Shown: positions 19,004 to 27,998 of the stretch, piece by piece
How positions within the stretch are numbered: position 1 is the stretch's first letter
Layout of the letters: each line of letters opens with the position of its first letter
IMG/VR virus record: IMGVR_UViG_3300032332_001535
Coordinates: 1 to 40,448 of that record
Origin: a virus
Lineage: Duplodnaviria > Caudoviricetes
Length of the DNA stretch: 40,448 nucleotides
Strand: one strand, 5' to 3'
Position numbers and translations under genes: made by a program
Notes under the pieces: generated by a model
Databases searched by the model: none
What the model was told of the DNA's origin: nothing
The model's input: only the letters and a program-made list of their open reading frames with translations

Positions 19004-20245
19004 TTAAAGTTTACCTCTTCTAACAATATCTTCTGCTCTTTGACGACCTTGCCTACCGGTTCCGGCAAAATATCCCTTCCATGTTGAATCTGTAGGAAAA
19101 TTAACTGATCCGTTAACCAATTTGTATCCAAAAACGCCAATTGCGGCAGGCGTGTTAATATCAAAAATTCTACCAGTGCTAGGATTTGGACCGGTATCCG
19201 TTTGCGGTAATGCCGCTGCTCTGCCAGAGGGTGATAAAATTACATACCAGTCATATCCATCAGTTTTAGAAGACGGTGAATTGTATAAAGCAAATCCGGG
19301 AACATCGGGGTCGGCCCCAGTTGAAGGTCCTTGGCTGCCATAGCTATCATCGCCAGAATCAACATAATTATATTTATGACTAGATCCAAATTGAGAGGCT
19401 TTGCCTTCATGATCCCATCTAATTCCAGATCCGTTAAAATTGTTATGTGTAACAATACTCGTATCTATAACGCTGCCAATATTACCGTCGCCGCCACTTG
19501 TGTTGCTTCCTCCACCACCAACTGAAGAATTTCCATAATCACCACTTCCAATAATACTTTTAACAAATTTTACAATCTCTTCATTGACCTTTGAATTATC
19601 TCTTGCAAATTCATCAAATAATTTGCCTACTACCGAGTCAATATTACTAGGAAGTGGCTGGATGTATATGTTACTGTTATCCCAGCCGCCTATTTCGTTA
19701 AGTGCTGCATACAAAAGGTTTCCAATACTGGAGTCGCCCAATTTGTTAACTTCGTTTATTCTCTGGTTATCTGTATCAGCCGTACCAGCCCTGCCAGTAG
19801 ATTTATCTAAATTCCAACCATATGCTTTCATAAAATCATTTACAAATTGCAATCCCGGATCAAAATAAGTATGATTTAACCGTTTAAGAGTACAGGACGC
19901 TTTGATTTTTGCCGTACCCGGAAACAACTGAACGTCGGGAGTTGTGTCGCAATAACCTGTAAATACTTGAATGGGCTTGCCTGCAATTCTTTCAAGAATA
20001 ATTGTAATAGGATCCATTGGATGAAAAACGGGAAGAACCTTGCCATCAGTTTCGCGTTCTGTAAACAAAAACCTAGGCTTATTGTCTTTGAGCACTTTGG
20101 GATTTCTAAACTCTAATTCGGCGGTGCTCATATTGTCAATTACTCTGTAAACATCGCATTTAATTATGTACGGGCTTAAATCAACTATTCCGGAATCGGT
20201 TTTGATCCAAACTTTTATCGATGGAGAATATACTAATCTTTTCAT
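19004..20245 (-). CDS. Baseplate hub N-half paralogue 3 fused to an RlpA-like double-psi beta-barrel lytic transglycosylase
   Basis: Shared N-terminus of about 240 aa (MKRLVYSPS...). The C-terminus EGKASQFG...SGRAAALPQTDTGPNPSTGRIFDINTPAA matches the RlpA pattern G.AS.YG...G+.V.V...D.GP...GR.IDLS..AA. Confidence 0.72.
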   Translation of the reverse strand: MKRLVYSPSIKVWIKTDSGIVDLSPYIIKCDVYRVIDNMSTAELEFRNPKVLKDNKPRFLFTERETDGKVLPVFHPMDPITIILERIAGKPIQVFTGYCDTTPDVQLFPGTAKIKASCTLKRLNHTYFDPGLQFVNDFMKAYGWNLDKSTGRAGTADTDNQRINEVNKLGDSSIGNLLYAALNEIGGWDNSNIYIQPLPSNIDSVVGKLFDEFARDNSKVNEEIVKFVKSIIGSGDYGNSSVGGGGSNTSGGDGNIGSVIDTSIVTHNNFNGSGIRWDHEGKASQFGSSHKYNYVDSGDDSYGSQGPSTGADPDVPGFALYNSPSSKTDGYDWYVILSPSGRAAALPQTDTGPNPSTGRIFDINTPAAIGVFGYKLVNGSVNFPTDSTWKGYFAGTGRQGRQRAEDIVRRGKL

Positions 20246-21505
20246 TTAAAAATTCCTCCAATGCCTTGCAACAAAACCATTAGTTGTATGAATGTGCCAA
20301 GAAACAGAGTTCCCCTCAGCAACTTTACTAATATTAGTACCAATGCAACTAGACGTTCCATTTTTTCCATAAAATTCTATAAATACGTGCCCGTCGTTTT
20401 CCCAAACTGTGAAATAAGACCCTCTCCCCGGACTTCCCCAATTTGCATACTGGCCTGAAACCATGACTGAATTTACACCCATTCCCGCATTGGCCAAAGC
20501 ATAAGACACAAAAGAAGAACAGTCTAATTGGTATGCATCTGGGTGCGTTGAACTTCTAGCTAAAGTCAAAGCATTTTCGTCATGGCTTCCTCCATAAACA
20601 TAGTCTGTTTTAGTTTGAGCTATTTGATCACAAATTCTTAATAGATTTTTAACTTCTTGAGGTGCATTATCTGGCAGCACCGGACATTTAGCAGATTGTG
20701 TATAATTACTAAGATCAGGTTGTCCATCGGGGCTGATTGACCCTGATGCAATTGCTGTACCAAATTGACCGCTTCCAATTAAATCTCTAACAAATTTTGT
20801 AATTTCTTCGTTAACTTTGGAATTGTCTTTTTTAAATTCATCAAAAAGACCTCCAACAACTTTTGCTATGTTGCCGGGAAGGGATTGAATGTAAATATTT
20901 TTATTATCCCAACCACCAATTTCATTGAGTGCTGCATAAAGTAAATTACCAATACTGGAATCATGTAATTTAACTGATGAAGTTGGAACTTGCTTGGGAT
21001 TTTCATCTTTTGTTGCTTGTTTTTCATTAACCGCAACGCCATTAGATACATTAATTATCCAACCATAGTTACGCATAAAATCCTGTACAAAATCTAATCC
21101 CGGATCAAAGTAAGTGTAGTTTAATCTTTTTAAAGTACAAGACGCTTTGATACGAGCGGTACCCGGAAATAACTGTACATATGGAGTTGTATCACAGTAA
21201 CCGGTAAAAACTTGAATGGGTTTGCCCGCAATACGCTCTAGCACAATTGTTATTGGGTCCATAGGATGAAACACTGGTCTTATCGAGGTACTACCATCTG
21301 AATCGGTATATTCATTTTCAGTAAACAAAAATCTTGGTTTTCCATCTTTTAATACTTTTGGATTACGAAATTGAATTTCAGCATGACTAAGGTCATCAAT
21401 TTTTCTTACAACCGTGCATTCGGTTACATAAGGAGTTAAATCAATAACGCCTGAATCGGTTTTTACCCAAACCTTGATAGATGGAGAATATACTAAGCGT
21501 TGCAT
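20246..21505 (-). CDS. Baseplate hub N-half paralogue 2 fused to an NlpC/P60 peptidase
   Basis: True start is ATG 21505 (MQRLVYSPS), aligned with the paralogues. The C-terminus YVYGGSH...LDCSSFVSYAL...DGHVFI carries the catalytic Cys and His. Confidence 0.82.
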   Translation of the reverse strand: MQRLVYSPSIKVWVKTDSGVIDLTPYVTECTVVRKIDDLSHAEIQFRNPKVLKDGKPRFLFTENEYTDSDGSTSIRPVFHPMDPITIVLERIAGKPIQVFTGYCDTTPYVQLFPGTARIKASCTLKRLNYTYFDPGLDFVQDFMRNYGWIINVSNGVAVNEKQATKDENPKQVPTSSVKLHDSSIGNLLYAALNEIGGWDNKNIYIQSLPGNIAKVVGGLFDEFKKDNSKVNEEITKFVRDLIGSGQFGTAIASGSISPDGQPDLSNYTQSAKCPVLPDNAPQEVKNLLRICDQIAQTKTDYVYGGSHDENALTLARSSTHPDAYQLDCSSFVSYALANAGMGVNSVMVSGQYANWGSPGRGSYFTVWENDGHVFIEFYGKNGTSSCIGTNISKVAEGNSVSWHIHTTNGFVARHWRNF

Positions 21506-21510
21506 AACAA

Positions 21511-23289
21511 TTAAACCGGAGAAGTAATTCCTAATTTTGCACAAATTTTTTGAACATAAGTTACAGTTTCTGACATGCTTTTCCATACATTGTTAGAAAC
21601 TTTACCGGGGCCAGCATTGTATCCAGCTAATGCCAATGGAATGTTGTTATTAAAAGAATTTAAAAGATTGGCAAGGTATTTGGCTCCGCCCATTACGTTT
21701 TGTTCTGCGTCATGCGGATTAACTCCTAGTCCTTGTGCGGTAGCAGGCATTAGTTGCATTAATCCAATAGCCCCGGCAGAAGATACGCTATTTTGATCAA
21801 AACTAGATTCTTGTCTCATAACCTCACGAATAATATTTTTATCAACATGGTATGTATTTGATGCCTGTGTAATAAGTTGCTCAATTGCGTGGGGGGCAAG
21901 ACCTGAAGATGTTGTTGAAGTTGTGGCAGTTGCAGTGGCAGCAGCAACCAGTTCCTTAGCTTTATTTATAATTCTATCTATTGGAAAATTACCGGGGCAA
22001 CCAGTTCCTCCACCGCCTGCCGCGCCCAAATCTCCGTGTCCGCAAACTCCGTGAGTTGTAGATTTTACTAACGGAATATTCCATTTGGTTGACCAATAAG
22101 CAACCCATTCTGCCGATTTATTAATTTGCGCATCGGTATATGTTGAAACGCTTGCCGGAATTTGTCCAACGTGTTCAATTCCCAATGAATCTTTTGATCT
22201 ATATCCAGCATGATGTGCTTGATTTTCATCATTGACATATCTGGCAGAGTTTCCTTGTTTATCAATGCCCACTTGTACTGAAATACCGCGATTTGGAATG
22301 CCAACGCTATCAGCCCAATCACTTCTTCTCATTAGGCCATTTTTTAAATTCTCCAATGTTTGATCATTTGAACCTTCGGTAACATGCAAAACAATAATTT
22401 TTGGATGATTGTTTGGTTCCCAATAATTTAAACCATCTCCATTTTGAGGAATTGGAAGATTAGTGTGATCAGGTTCTGCAATTGTACCAGAGCCACCCGT
22501 TCCACCTGATGCAGTGCTGGCATTTGGATAAAGTTTGCCGAAATCTCCGTTACCAATAATTTCTTTAACAAATTTTACAATCTCTTTATTGACATCTTTA
22601 TTATCTTTGGCAAATTCATCAAAAAGTTTGCCGACTATTTGAGCTATGTTATCAGGGAGAGATTGAATATAAACGTTTTTATTGTCCCAACCACCGATTT
22701 CATTAAGTGCAGCATAAAGCAAATAACCGATACTTGAATCGTTTAAATTAGTTGATTTAATCGCTTTACTGATTTGAGAATCGGTTGTAGTGGGATCGGC
22801 GGTGCCATCATTGCCCGCGCCACCCCTTCTAACAATGCCATCGCCTCCTAATTGCCAACCATATTGATTCATAAAATCCATAACAAAGGGAAGTCCCGGA
22901 TCAAAATATGTATAGTTTAATCTTTTAAGTGTACAGGAGGCAGTCAAACGCGCTGTACCGGGAAATAATTGCACATAGGGAACAGTATCGCAATAACCGG
23001 TAAACGCCTGTATGGGTTTGCCTGCAATACGTTCAAGGACAACCGTTATGGGATCCATAGGATGAAAAACCGGTCCAATGTTTCCATCTTTTTGAACTCT
23101 TTGAGTAAACAAAAATCTAGGTTTATTATCTTGTAAAACTTTTGGATTTCGAAATACGACATCTAGAGAACTTAAATCGTTTACTTTGCGTTGAATTCTG
23201 CACTCAGTAATGTGAGGACTTAAATCAACAACACCAAAATCTGTTTTAACCCAAATCTTTACCGATGGGCTATACACTAGTCTTTTCAC
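21511..23289 (-). CDS. Baseplate hub N-half paralogue 1 fused to an Amidase_2 domain and an SLT lytic transglycosylase
   Basis: GTG start, MKRLVYSPS. Amidase: IIVLHVTEG...AHHAG...SLGIEH...GHGD...CPG. SLT: VMRQESSF...GAIGLMQLMP...ALAGYNAGPG. Confidence 0.88.
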   Translation of the reverse strand: MKRLVYSPSVKIWVKTDFGVVDLSPHITECRIQRKVNDLSSLDVVFRNPKVLQDNKPRFLFTQRVQKDGNIGPVFHPMDPITVVLERIAGKPIQAFTGYCDTVPYVQLFPGTARLTASCTLKRLNYTYFDPGLPFVMDFMNQYGWQLGGDGIVRRGGAGNDGTADPTTTDSQISKAIKSTNLNDSSIGYLLYAALNEIGGWDNKNVYIQSLPDNIAQIVGKLFDEFAKDNKDVNKEIVKFVKEIIGNGDFGKLYPNASTASGGTGGSGTIAEPDHTNLPIPQNGDGLNYWEPNNHPKIIVLHVTEGSNDQTLENLKNGLMRRSDWADSVGIPNRGISVQVGIDKQGNSARYVNDENQAHHAGYRSKDSLGIEHVGQIPASVSTYTDAQINKSAEWVAYWSTKWNIPLVKSTTHGVCGHGDLGAAGGGGTGCPGNFPIDRIINKAKELVAAATATATTSTTSSGLAPHAIEQLITQASNTYHVDKNIIREVMRQESSFDQNSVSSAGAIGLMQLMPATAQGLGVNPHDAEQNVMGGAKYLANLLNSFNNNIPLALAGYNAGPGKVSNNVWKSMSETVTYVQKICAKLGITSPV

Positions 23290-23294
23290 GATAT

Positions 23295-24218
23295 TTAATT
23301 TCCGTTTGCGTCTGTTAAATCAAACTGGTCTATTTTCCTATCCATTCCAACTTGTATGCCAGTTCCACGGTGATTGATTTGTGCGCCCGTAAAAGCCGTG
23401 TCAGATACACCACCTCTTGCGCTAATATATTTACCACTACTAACGGCGTCGTCATATTGACTTTGAAGGATATCTTTTCTAATTTGAGCGCCATTTTTTG
23501 CTCCAAAATCATCTTTGCGAAACAAAGTCATCCAATCCGTAATTTTAGATCCCGAACTTAAATTGTCGCCAAAAATACCTTTGCTTCCATCAGACTGAGC
23601 GATGACAAATTCAATAGAAAATTGAGGGGCAAAATTAAATTTAGTTCCGCCAGCAGCAATAGATTTAATGTAACCCTCTAATTGCATGCCTTTTCTTCCG
23701 CCCTTTTGATTCCTTGGCCGACCCTCTACAGATCGCGGATTCATAATCAATGTTACGGTAGGAAGAGGAATTGTGGCGTCATCGCCATAATGTTTATAAT
23801 AAATATTAGATTTTTCACTGGCATTAGATTGAGGGCGTATATCTCCATTAACGTTTAAAGCCTCTGAGTGAGACTCTCTAACAAAGGCAGCTAATTTATT
23901 ATACTCTCTTTGATTTGGCATTATTCCAGCCATTTTTAAAATAGGTTGATCAAATGAATGGGGATAAAATTCTCTTTTCCAACGACTTTGACCAGTGCTA
24001 CCAGTCATAGAAAAGTCAATTGACGCCTCTTCTACCCAAAGGTTTAAATATTTATTATTTGTTTTAATAAGCCGGGCGGTCCAATTATTTAATGTATTAG
24101 GATCGACATCAGGTGTACTAACCGCGTACCCTGTATCAACTCTAGGGCCAGCTTGCCTATTTAATTTAGCTGCATTTTCAGCAGAATAAGGAATGGGATT
24201 AATTGGATTATTAGCCAT
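23295..24218 (-). CDS. Putative tail tube initiator/baseplate protein
   Basis: 307 aa between the tape measure region and the hub. Tube-like beta pattern (LEGYIKSI...FSIEFVI). Called mainly on synteny. Confidence 0.5.
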   Translation of the reverse strand: MANNPINPIPYSAENAAKLNRQAGPRVDTGYAVSTPDVDPNTLNNWTARLIKTNNKYLNLWVEEASIDFSMTGSTGQSRWKREFYPHSFDQPILKMAGIMPNQREYNKLAAFVRESHSEALNVNGDIRPQSNASEKSNIYYKHYGDDATIPLPTVTLIMNPRSVEGRPRNQKGGRKGMQLEGYIKSIAAGGTKFNFAPQFSIEFVIAQSDGSKGIFGDNLSSGSKITDWMTLFRKDDFGAKNGAQIRKDILQSQYDDAVSSGKYISARGGVSDTAFTGAQINHRGTGIQVGMDRKIDQFDLTDANGN

Positions 24219-24991
24219 TATGTTTTATTGTCCTCAGATGGAGCTTTTCCATCTCCATTTTTACCACTTCCGGTATTTACGCCGACTGCACCAAATGTAG
24301 GTTTAGACATATTGGCTCCCAATGCCTCAAGCGCGGCTGCATCACTTTCACCGGGAAGCCAAGATTTAATAAATTTGTTATATGGACCGTTTGCACCACT
24401 AAGCTCGCTATAATAATCTTGAGTTGCGCCAGCCTTATAAGTCTTGCCTGTATTGGGAGTTGTCCAAGGATTAAATTCATGAAATCCGATGCGAGCGGTT
24501 GCAGTTCCAAAGGGTTTGAAACTAGGATCGTCCGTTTGAGCCTGCGCCTCTGTTTTAATTAACTGTTCAAAACTTTCTGGGCTTTCAACAACTGCTGCGC
24601 TAACACTCCAAGTAGGGGCAACTACGCTTTTGCCATACCTAAATCCGGGTGCTGATTTCGGTTGAATAAGAAATTTCCAACCACGGGCTGGATATTCAAA
24701 AGTTACAGGCGTGGTATCATAAGCCTGTGTTTTACCTTGGGTGGCAAGCTGCATGTAAGAAACAAACCATTGGTAAATTGTTTCCATTTTGCTGTATGAT
24801 GAAACAGTGCCGGTAATAGTCATGTCCTCAATAAACATTGAAAGAATTTGAACAACTTCGCCGCCAAACGTTTGATAATTTTGAGTATTCAATCCATAAG
24901 ACCAAACAATAGAATCAGGGTTGACTGATAATTTTAAATCAGGCAGGGCCTGAGTTGGATGAGAAAATATAATTTTTGCAGTATTAGCCAT
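24218..24991 (-). CDS. Putative tail tube initiator/baseplate protein
   Basis: Start at 24991 overlaps the tape measure stop. LSVNPDSIVWSYG...QTFGG...DMTITG is typical of tube-initiator (gp48/gp54-like) proteins. Confidence 0.6.
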   Translation of the reverse strand: MANTAKIIFSHPTQALPDLKLSVNPDSIVWSYGLNTQNYQTFGGEVVQILSMFIEDMTITGTVSSYSKMETIYQWFVSYMQLATQGKTQAYDTTPVTFEYPARGWKFLIQPKSAPGFRYGKSVVAPTWSVSAAVVESPESFEQLIKTEAQAQTDDPSFKPFGTATARIGFHEFNPWTTPNTGKTYKAGATQDYYSELSGANGPYNKFIKSWLPGESDAAALEALGANMSKPTFGAVGVNTGSGKNGDGKAPSEDNKT

Positions 24992-26879
24992 TTTTGCCAC
25001 CGGGAGCATTGGTTTGAGCGTCTTTTAACCCTCTCGCTGCTTGCGCAGCAGTGTCTAATGAACTAACTAATTTATCAAAATTGTCTCTAGATATGTCTTG
25101 ATTTTGACCCTTTCTGCCATATTTGTCAAGATCATCAAGAAGGGTTTTTTCCCAACCCATTTTAGCCAGACCGTTGCCCTCTTTATCTCCAAATACATCA
25201 GTTATAATTTTTTGAGCGTTAGCGCCGTGAATCCCCGCGCTTCTTAAGACTTTATCAATTTCTGATTTTTCAACTTGTTTTCTAGACCATATATCTCCGC
25301 CACCGCCAAAAATACCGTGTATTATTGCATCCCCAAGGTCCTCTTGTGGCTTTGTTAAAGTATTTTTAAAAGTTTTCAAATTTTTAACAGCGCCAATATA
25401 ATTGCCCTTTGAATTTTTTTGAAAATATTGAGATTCGGTTTCATCTACAGCCGCTCGTTGCGGCGCATAATCAATAATACTTTTTATTTGTTCGGGCGAA
25501 TAGCCGGTATAACCATAAAGATTAATCATGTCACTAATTGCTTTTTCACCAGCCTCAGAATTTAAAAATGCGGCATTGGTTTGTCCAACAGATTTACCAG
25601 TTAAATTTTGAAAAACAGATCCCATGGATGACTCTAAAGCTCGCGATTGTTGCGATGAAGACATCAACCCTGCTTGATAAGGCATATAACCCATTTTCAT
25701 AACTTGTTGCTGCGCCATTGGATTATTCATTAAAGTTTGCAACGTTTGAGTGGGATCAATTCCCGGCATTCTACGCTGCAATTCGCCACCTTGAACAATG
25801 GAGTACGATGACATCGCGCCAGATTGTCCTGCAAGTTGAGCATACGTTCCAAGTTGTTGCGTCAATTGTTCAGTTGAAACATTTGCACTTGCCGCTACTG
25901 AATTGAGATTGTTAATTGTACGAGTTAAATTAGCTAACTCACTAGTGCTGCCAAATCTTATGGTTTGTTCCATAAGTGTCCCGGCCTGTTGAGGAGTGAT
26001 GGAGGGATTGAAGCGAGTTATATTTTCTAGTGCCATTTCGCCTGTATTAAATTGACCACTATTAAAATTAAACCCCATTCCCATTAATGTATTATCTATT
26101 TCTGCCATTTGCTTCATATTGACACCCGCTCGCATTGCCTGACCCATTTGATGCAACTTAATACCTAATCCTTGATTAAAAGCATTATTAAATGGATTCC
26201 TAAAACCAATTCCTCCAATTTCAAGATTTCCTCCTACCGGACCGCCAATTTGCGTAGCGCCAAGGTCAGACAGCTCTTGCATTTTACGATATGCTGGTTG
26301 AACATATTGCGTGAACACTTTTTTGCCAGCTTCATAACTAGGAATAACGTCATTGGCAAAAAAGTTCGCTCTGCGACCAGCTCGTATATATGCCTTTTGC
26401 TGATCACTATCTGGCTCAGCCCTAGCCGCCCTTTCTAAATTTCTAAGCATTGCTGCTTGGGCTAAGTGTTGAGCAGTGATTCCGCCTTTTAACGGACCAA
26501 AACTAGGAGGAATGGCGTAATATTGTTGATTGAAAGAATCTTCAAATGGTGCATCGCCACTTAATCCAGCGTTTATTCTGCCTAAAAGAGTTTTTGCATT
26601 TGAAGCGTGTTTAGATGGTCCATCGCCAGCACTTACTGGTTTGTCTGGATCCGTTGCATCCTCCCATCTTTTCCAACTAGCGTCTTCTGCCTGCTTGGCT
26701 CTTTTTTCAAATCCAAATGTGCTTGCGCGACTACTAGTTAGGTCACCAAACATTTTTCTTTCACTGCGCTCGGTAAACCTTGCAATCAGGTTATCTAACT
26801 CAGGGCCGCCCAAGGCCTGTTCAAGCCCTTTTTGAACGGCTGCCGCAATTGCGTTAATATCTGGATTATCTTCGGGCAT
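24984..26879 (-). CDS. Tape measure protein (short)
   Basis: 631 aa, helical and Ala/Gln/Gly/Met-rich. It follows the frameshifted tail assembly chaperone and precedes the tube-initiator and hub genes. Confidence 0.72.
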   Translation of the reverse strand: MPEDNPDINAIAAAVQKGLEQALGGPELDNLIARFTERSERKMFGDLTSSRASTFGFEKRAKQAEDASWKRWEDATDPDKPVSAGDGPSKHASNAKTLLGRINAGLSGDAPFEDSFNQQYYAIPPSFGPLKGGITAQHLAQAAMLRNLERAARAEPDSDQQKAYIRAGRRANFFANDVIPSYEAGKKVFTQYVQPAYRKMQELSDLGATQIGGPVGGNLEIGGIGFRNPFNNAFNQGLGIKLHQMGQAMRAGVNMKQMAEIDNTLMGMGFNFNSGQFNTGEMALENITRFNPSITPQQAGTLMEQTIRFGSTSELANLTRTINNLNSVAASANVSTEQLTQQLGTYAQLAGQSGAMSSYSIVQGGELQRRMPGIDPTQTLQTLMNNPMAQQQVMKMGYMPYQAGLMSSSQQSRALESSMGSVFQNLTGKSVGQTNAAFLNSEAGEKAISDMINLYGYTGYSPEQIKSIIDYAPQRAAVDETESQYFQKNSKGNYIGAVKNLKTFKNTLTKPQEDLGDAIIHGIFGGGGDIWSRKQVEKSEIDKVLRSAGIHGANAQKIITDVFGDKEGNGLAKMGWEKTLLDDLDKYGRKGQNQDISRDNFDKLVSSLDTAAQAARGLKDAQTNAPGGKNG

Positions 26880-26927
26880 ATAAATCTTCTTGATTATTAA
26901 GGGGTCGTATGTTACTATCTAACTACT

Positions 26928-27245
26928 ATGAACACATTTGAACATCAAGCTACAAAAACCGCAAAAGCATTTAGCATTGAAGGAGAGATGAGTTGGGGTC
27001 AACTTATTATTCTTTCACCTATTATTGTGCCCACCGCAATTATTTGGGGAATCCTTGATTTTGTATTTGGCACTCTGCCAGATATGCTATTTGGTTTTGA
27101 ATCACCACCTTCTCAACCAAAGCGAACTCCAGAAGAAATGCAATTACTTCATCAAAAGTATCTTCAAAAGCAAGAGACGCTTAAGCAACAAAGAATTGAT
27201 GAAATCAAAGCAGACCTTTGGCCCGAAAAATATTCTAATCGATAA
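26928..27245 (+). CDS. Small predicted membrane protein (opposite-strand insert)
   Basis: Hydrophobic segment WGQLIILSPIIVPTAIIWGILDFVFG followed by a charged coiled-coil tail. It fills the gap between the chaperone and tape measure genes. Confidence 0.6.
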   Translation: MNTFEHQATKTAKAFSIEGEMSWGQLIILSPIIVPTAIIWGILDFVFGTLPDMLFGFESPPSQPKRTPEEMQLLHQKYLQKQETLKQQRIDEIKADLWPEKYSNR

Positions 27246-27998
27246 TTCCAACTTGTTTTAATTCGCGCATTAATTTATTAAAATCAGACGTACTATCTGG
27301 AACAACGTGCTCTAACTCTTCTTCAGGGACGTATTGAGACCCTTCTCCAAATAATTTGTCATATAGCTGAGGACTATTAGCAAATACGTTATTTTTTAAT
27401 TCATCTTCTCTTAATTCGTATTGCATCTTCTCATCACGTTGCATCATGTACATCATGAGTTTTCGTTGAACGGAATTAAGTCCTCCGGAGCGTCCTCCAG
27501 ATAATCCATTATCTCTGCCTCCGGTGTTGAATCGGCCCTCTTTATCGAGGAGTCGGGCGAGGTTATAAAGGAAATCCGACCCTCTTTCGATAAATTTTCC
27601 ATTTCTCTCAAAATAGATTCCTGTCTTTCTATTAATTCTACATATTTCATATAAATGTAATTAATAGTAGGTTCATACCAATTTCTTGTTACATATTGAA
27701 ATCTAGCCCGAGCAAAGTCCTTTTTATTAGGACCGGCCTGAGGACAAAAATCTTCATTTCCGTCAACAGAAACTAATGCCATGCCAACTTGAGCGGCGAC
27801 CCAAGCTTTGGCTTGAGAAATAGAATCCTTGTAATCCTTGGCTGCATAACCTGCAACCATTTCATCTTCAAGTTTTAATGTGCGAATCACAAATTCGTGA
27901 CCACAAAACTCAAAGGAATCTTCTAAAAACCCTAGCCATAAAAGACCATCAACATCATCAGTGACTTCATCAGGGAAGCCATCATTGTTTTCCATCAT
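27235..27998 (-). CDS. Tail assembly chaperone, long -1 frameshifted form (G-T type, about 254 aa)
   Basis: In-frame slippery heptamer A AAT TTA at 27597-27591. The -1 frame is open from there (FIERGSDFLYNLARLL...) into the 27235-27456 ORF. Confidence 0.75.
27453..27998 (-). CDS. Tail assembly chaperone, short form
   Basis: Acidic 181-aa protein directly after the tail tube gene. SD AAGGAG. Confidence 0.78.
   Translation of the reverse strand: MMENNDGFPDEVTDDVDGLLWLGFLEDSFEFCGHEFVIRTLKLEDEMVAGYAAKDYKDSISQAKAWVAAQVGMALVSVDGNEDFCPQAGPNKKDFARARFQYVTRNWYEPTINYIYMKYVELIERQESILREMENLSKEGRISFITSPDSSIKRADSTPEAEIMDYLEDAPEDLIPFNENS

Noticed and set aside
18931-19164. 77-aa ORF bridging hub paralogue 3 and the hub C-half, suggesting a frameshift fusion
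   Set aside because: It is in a third frame, so a fusion would need two shifts. I saw no convincing slippery sites, and the C-half has its own SD and an in-frame stop just upstream.
21506-21586. 27-aa N-terminal extension of the 446-aa ORF (MEKHVRNC...)
   Set aside because: It overlaps the upstream gene. Paralogue alignment places the start at ATG 21505.
19004-23289. Diversity-generating retroelement or invertase shufflon as the explanation for the paralogues
   Set aside because: No reverse transcriptase or recombinase in the window, no adenine-specific TR/VR pair, no inverted cassettes, and all copies are full genes in the same orientation.
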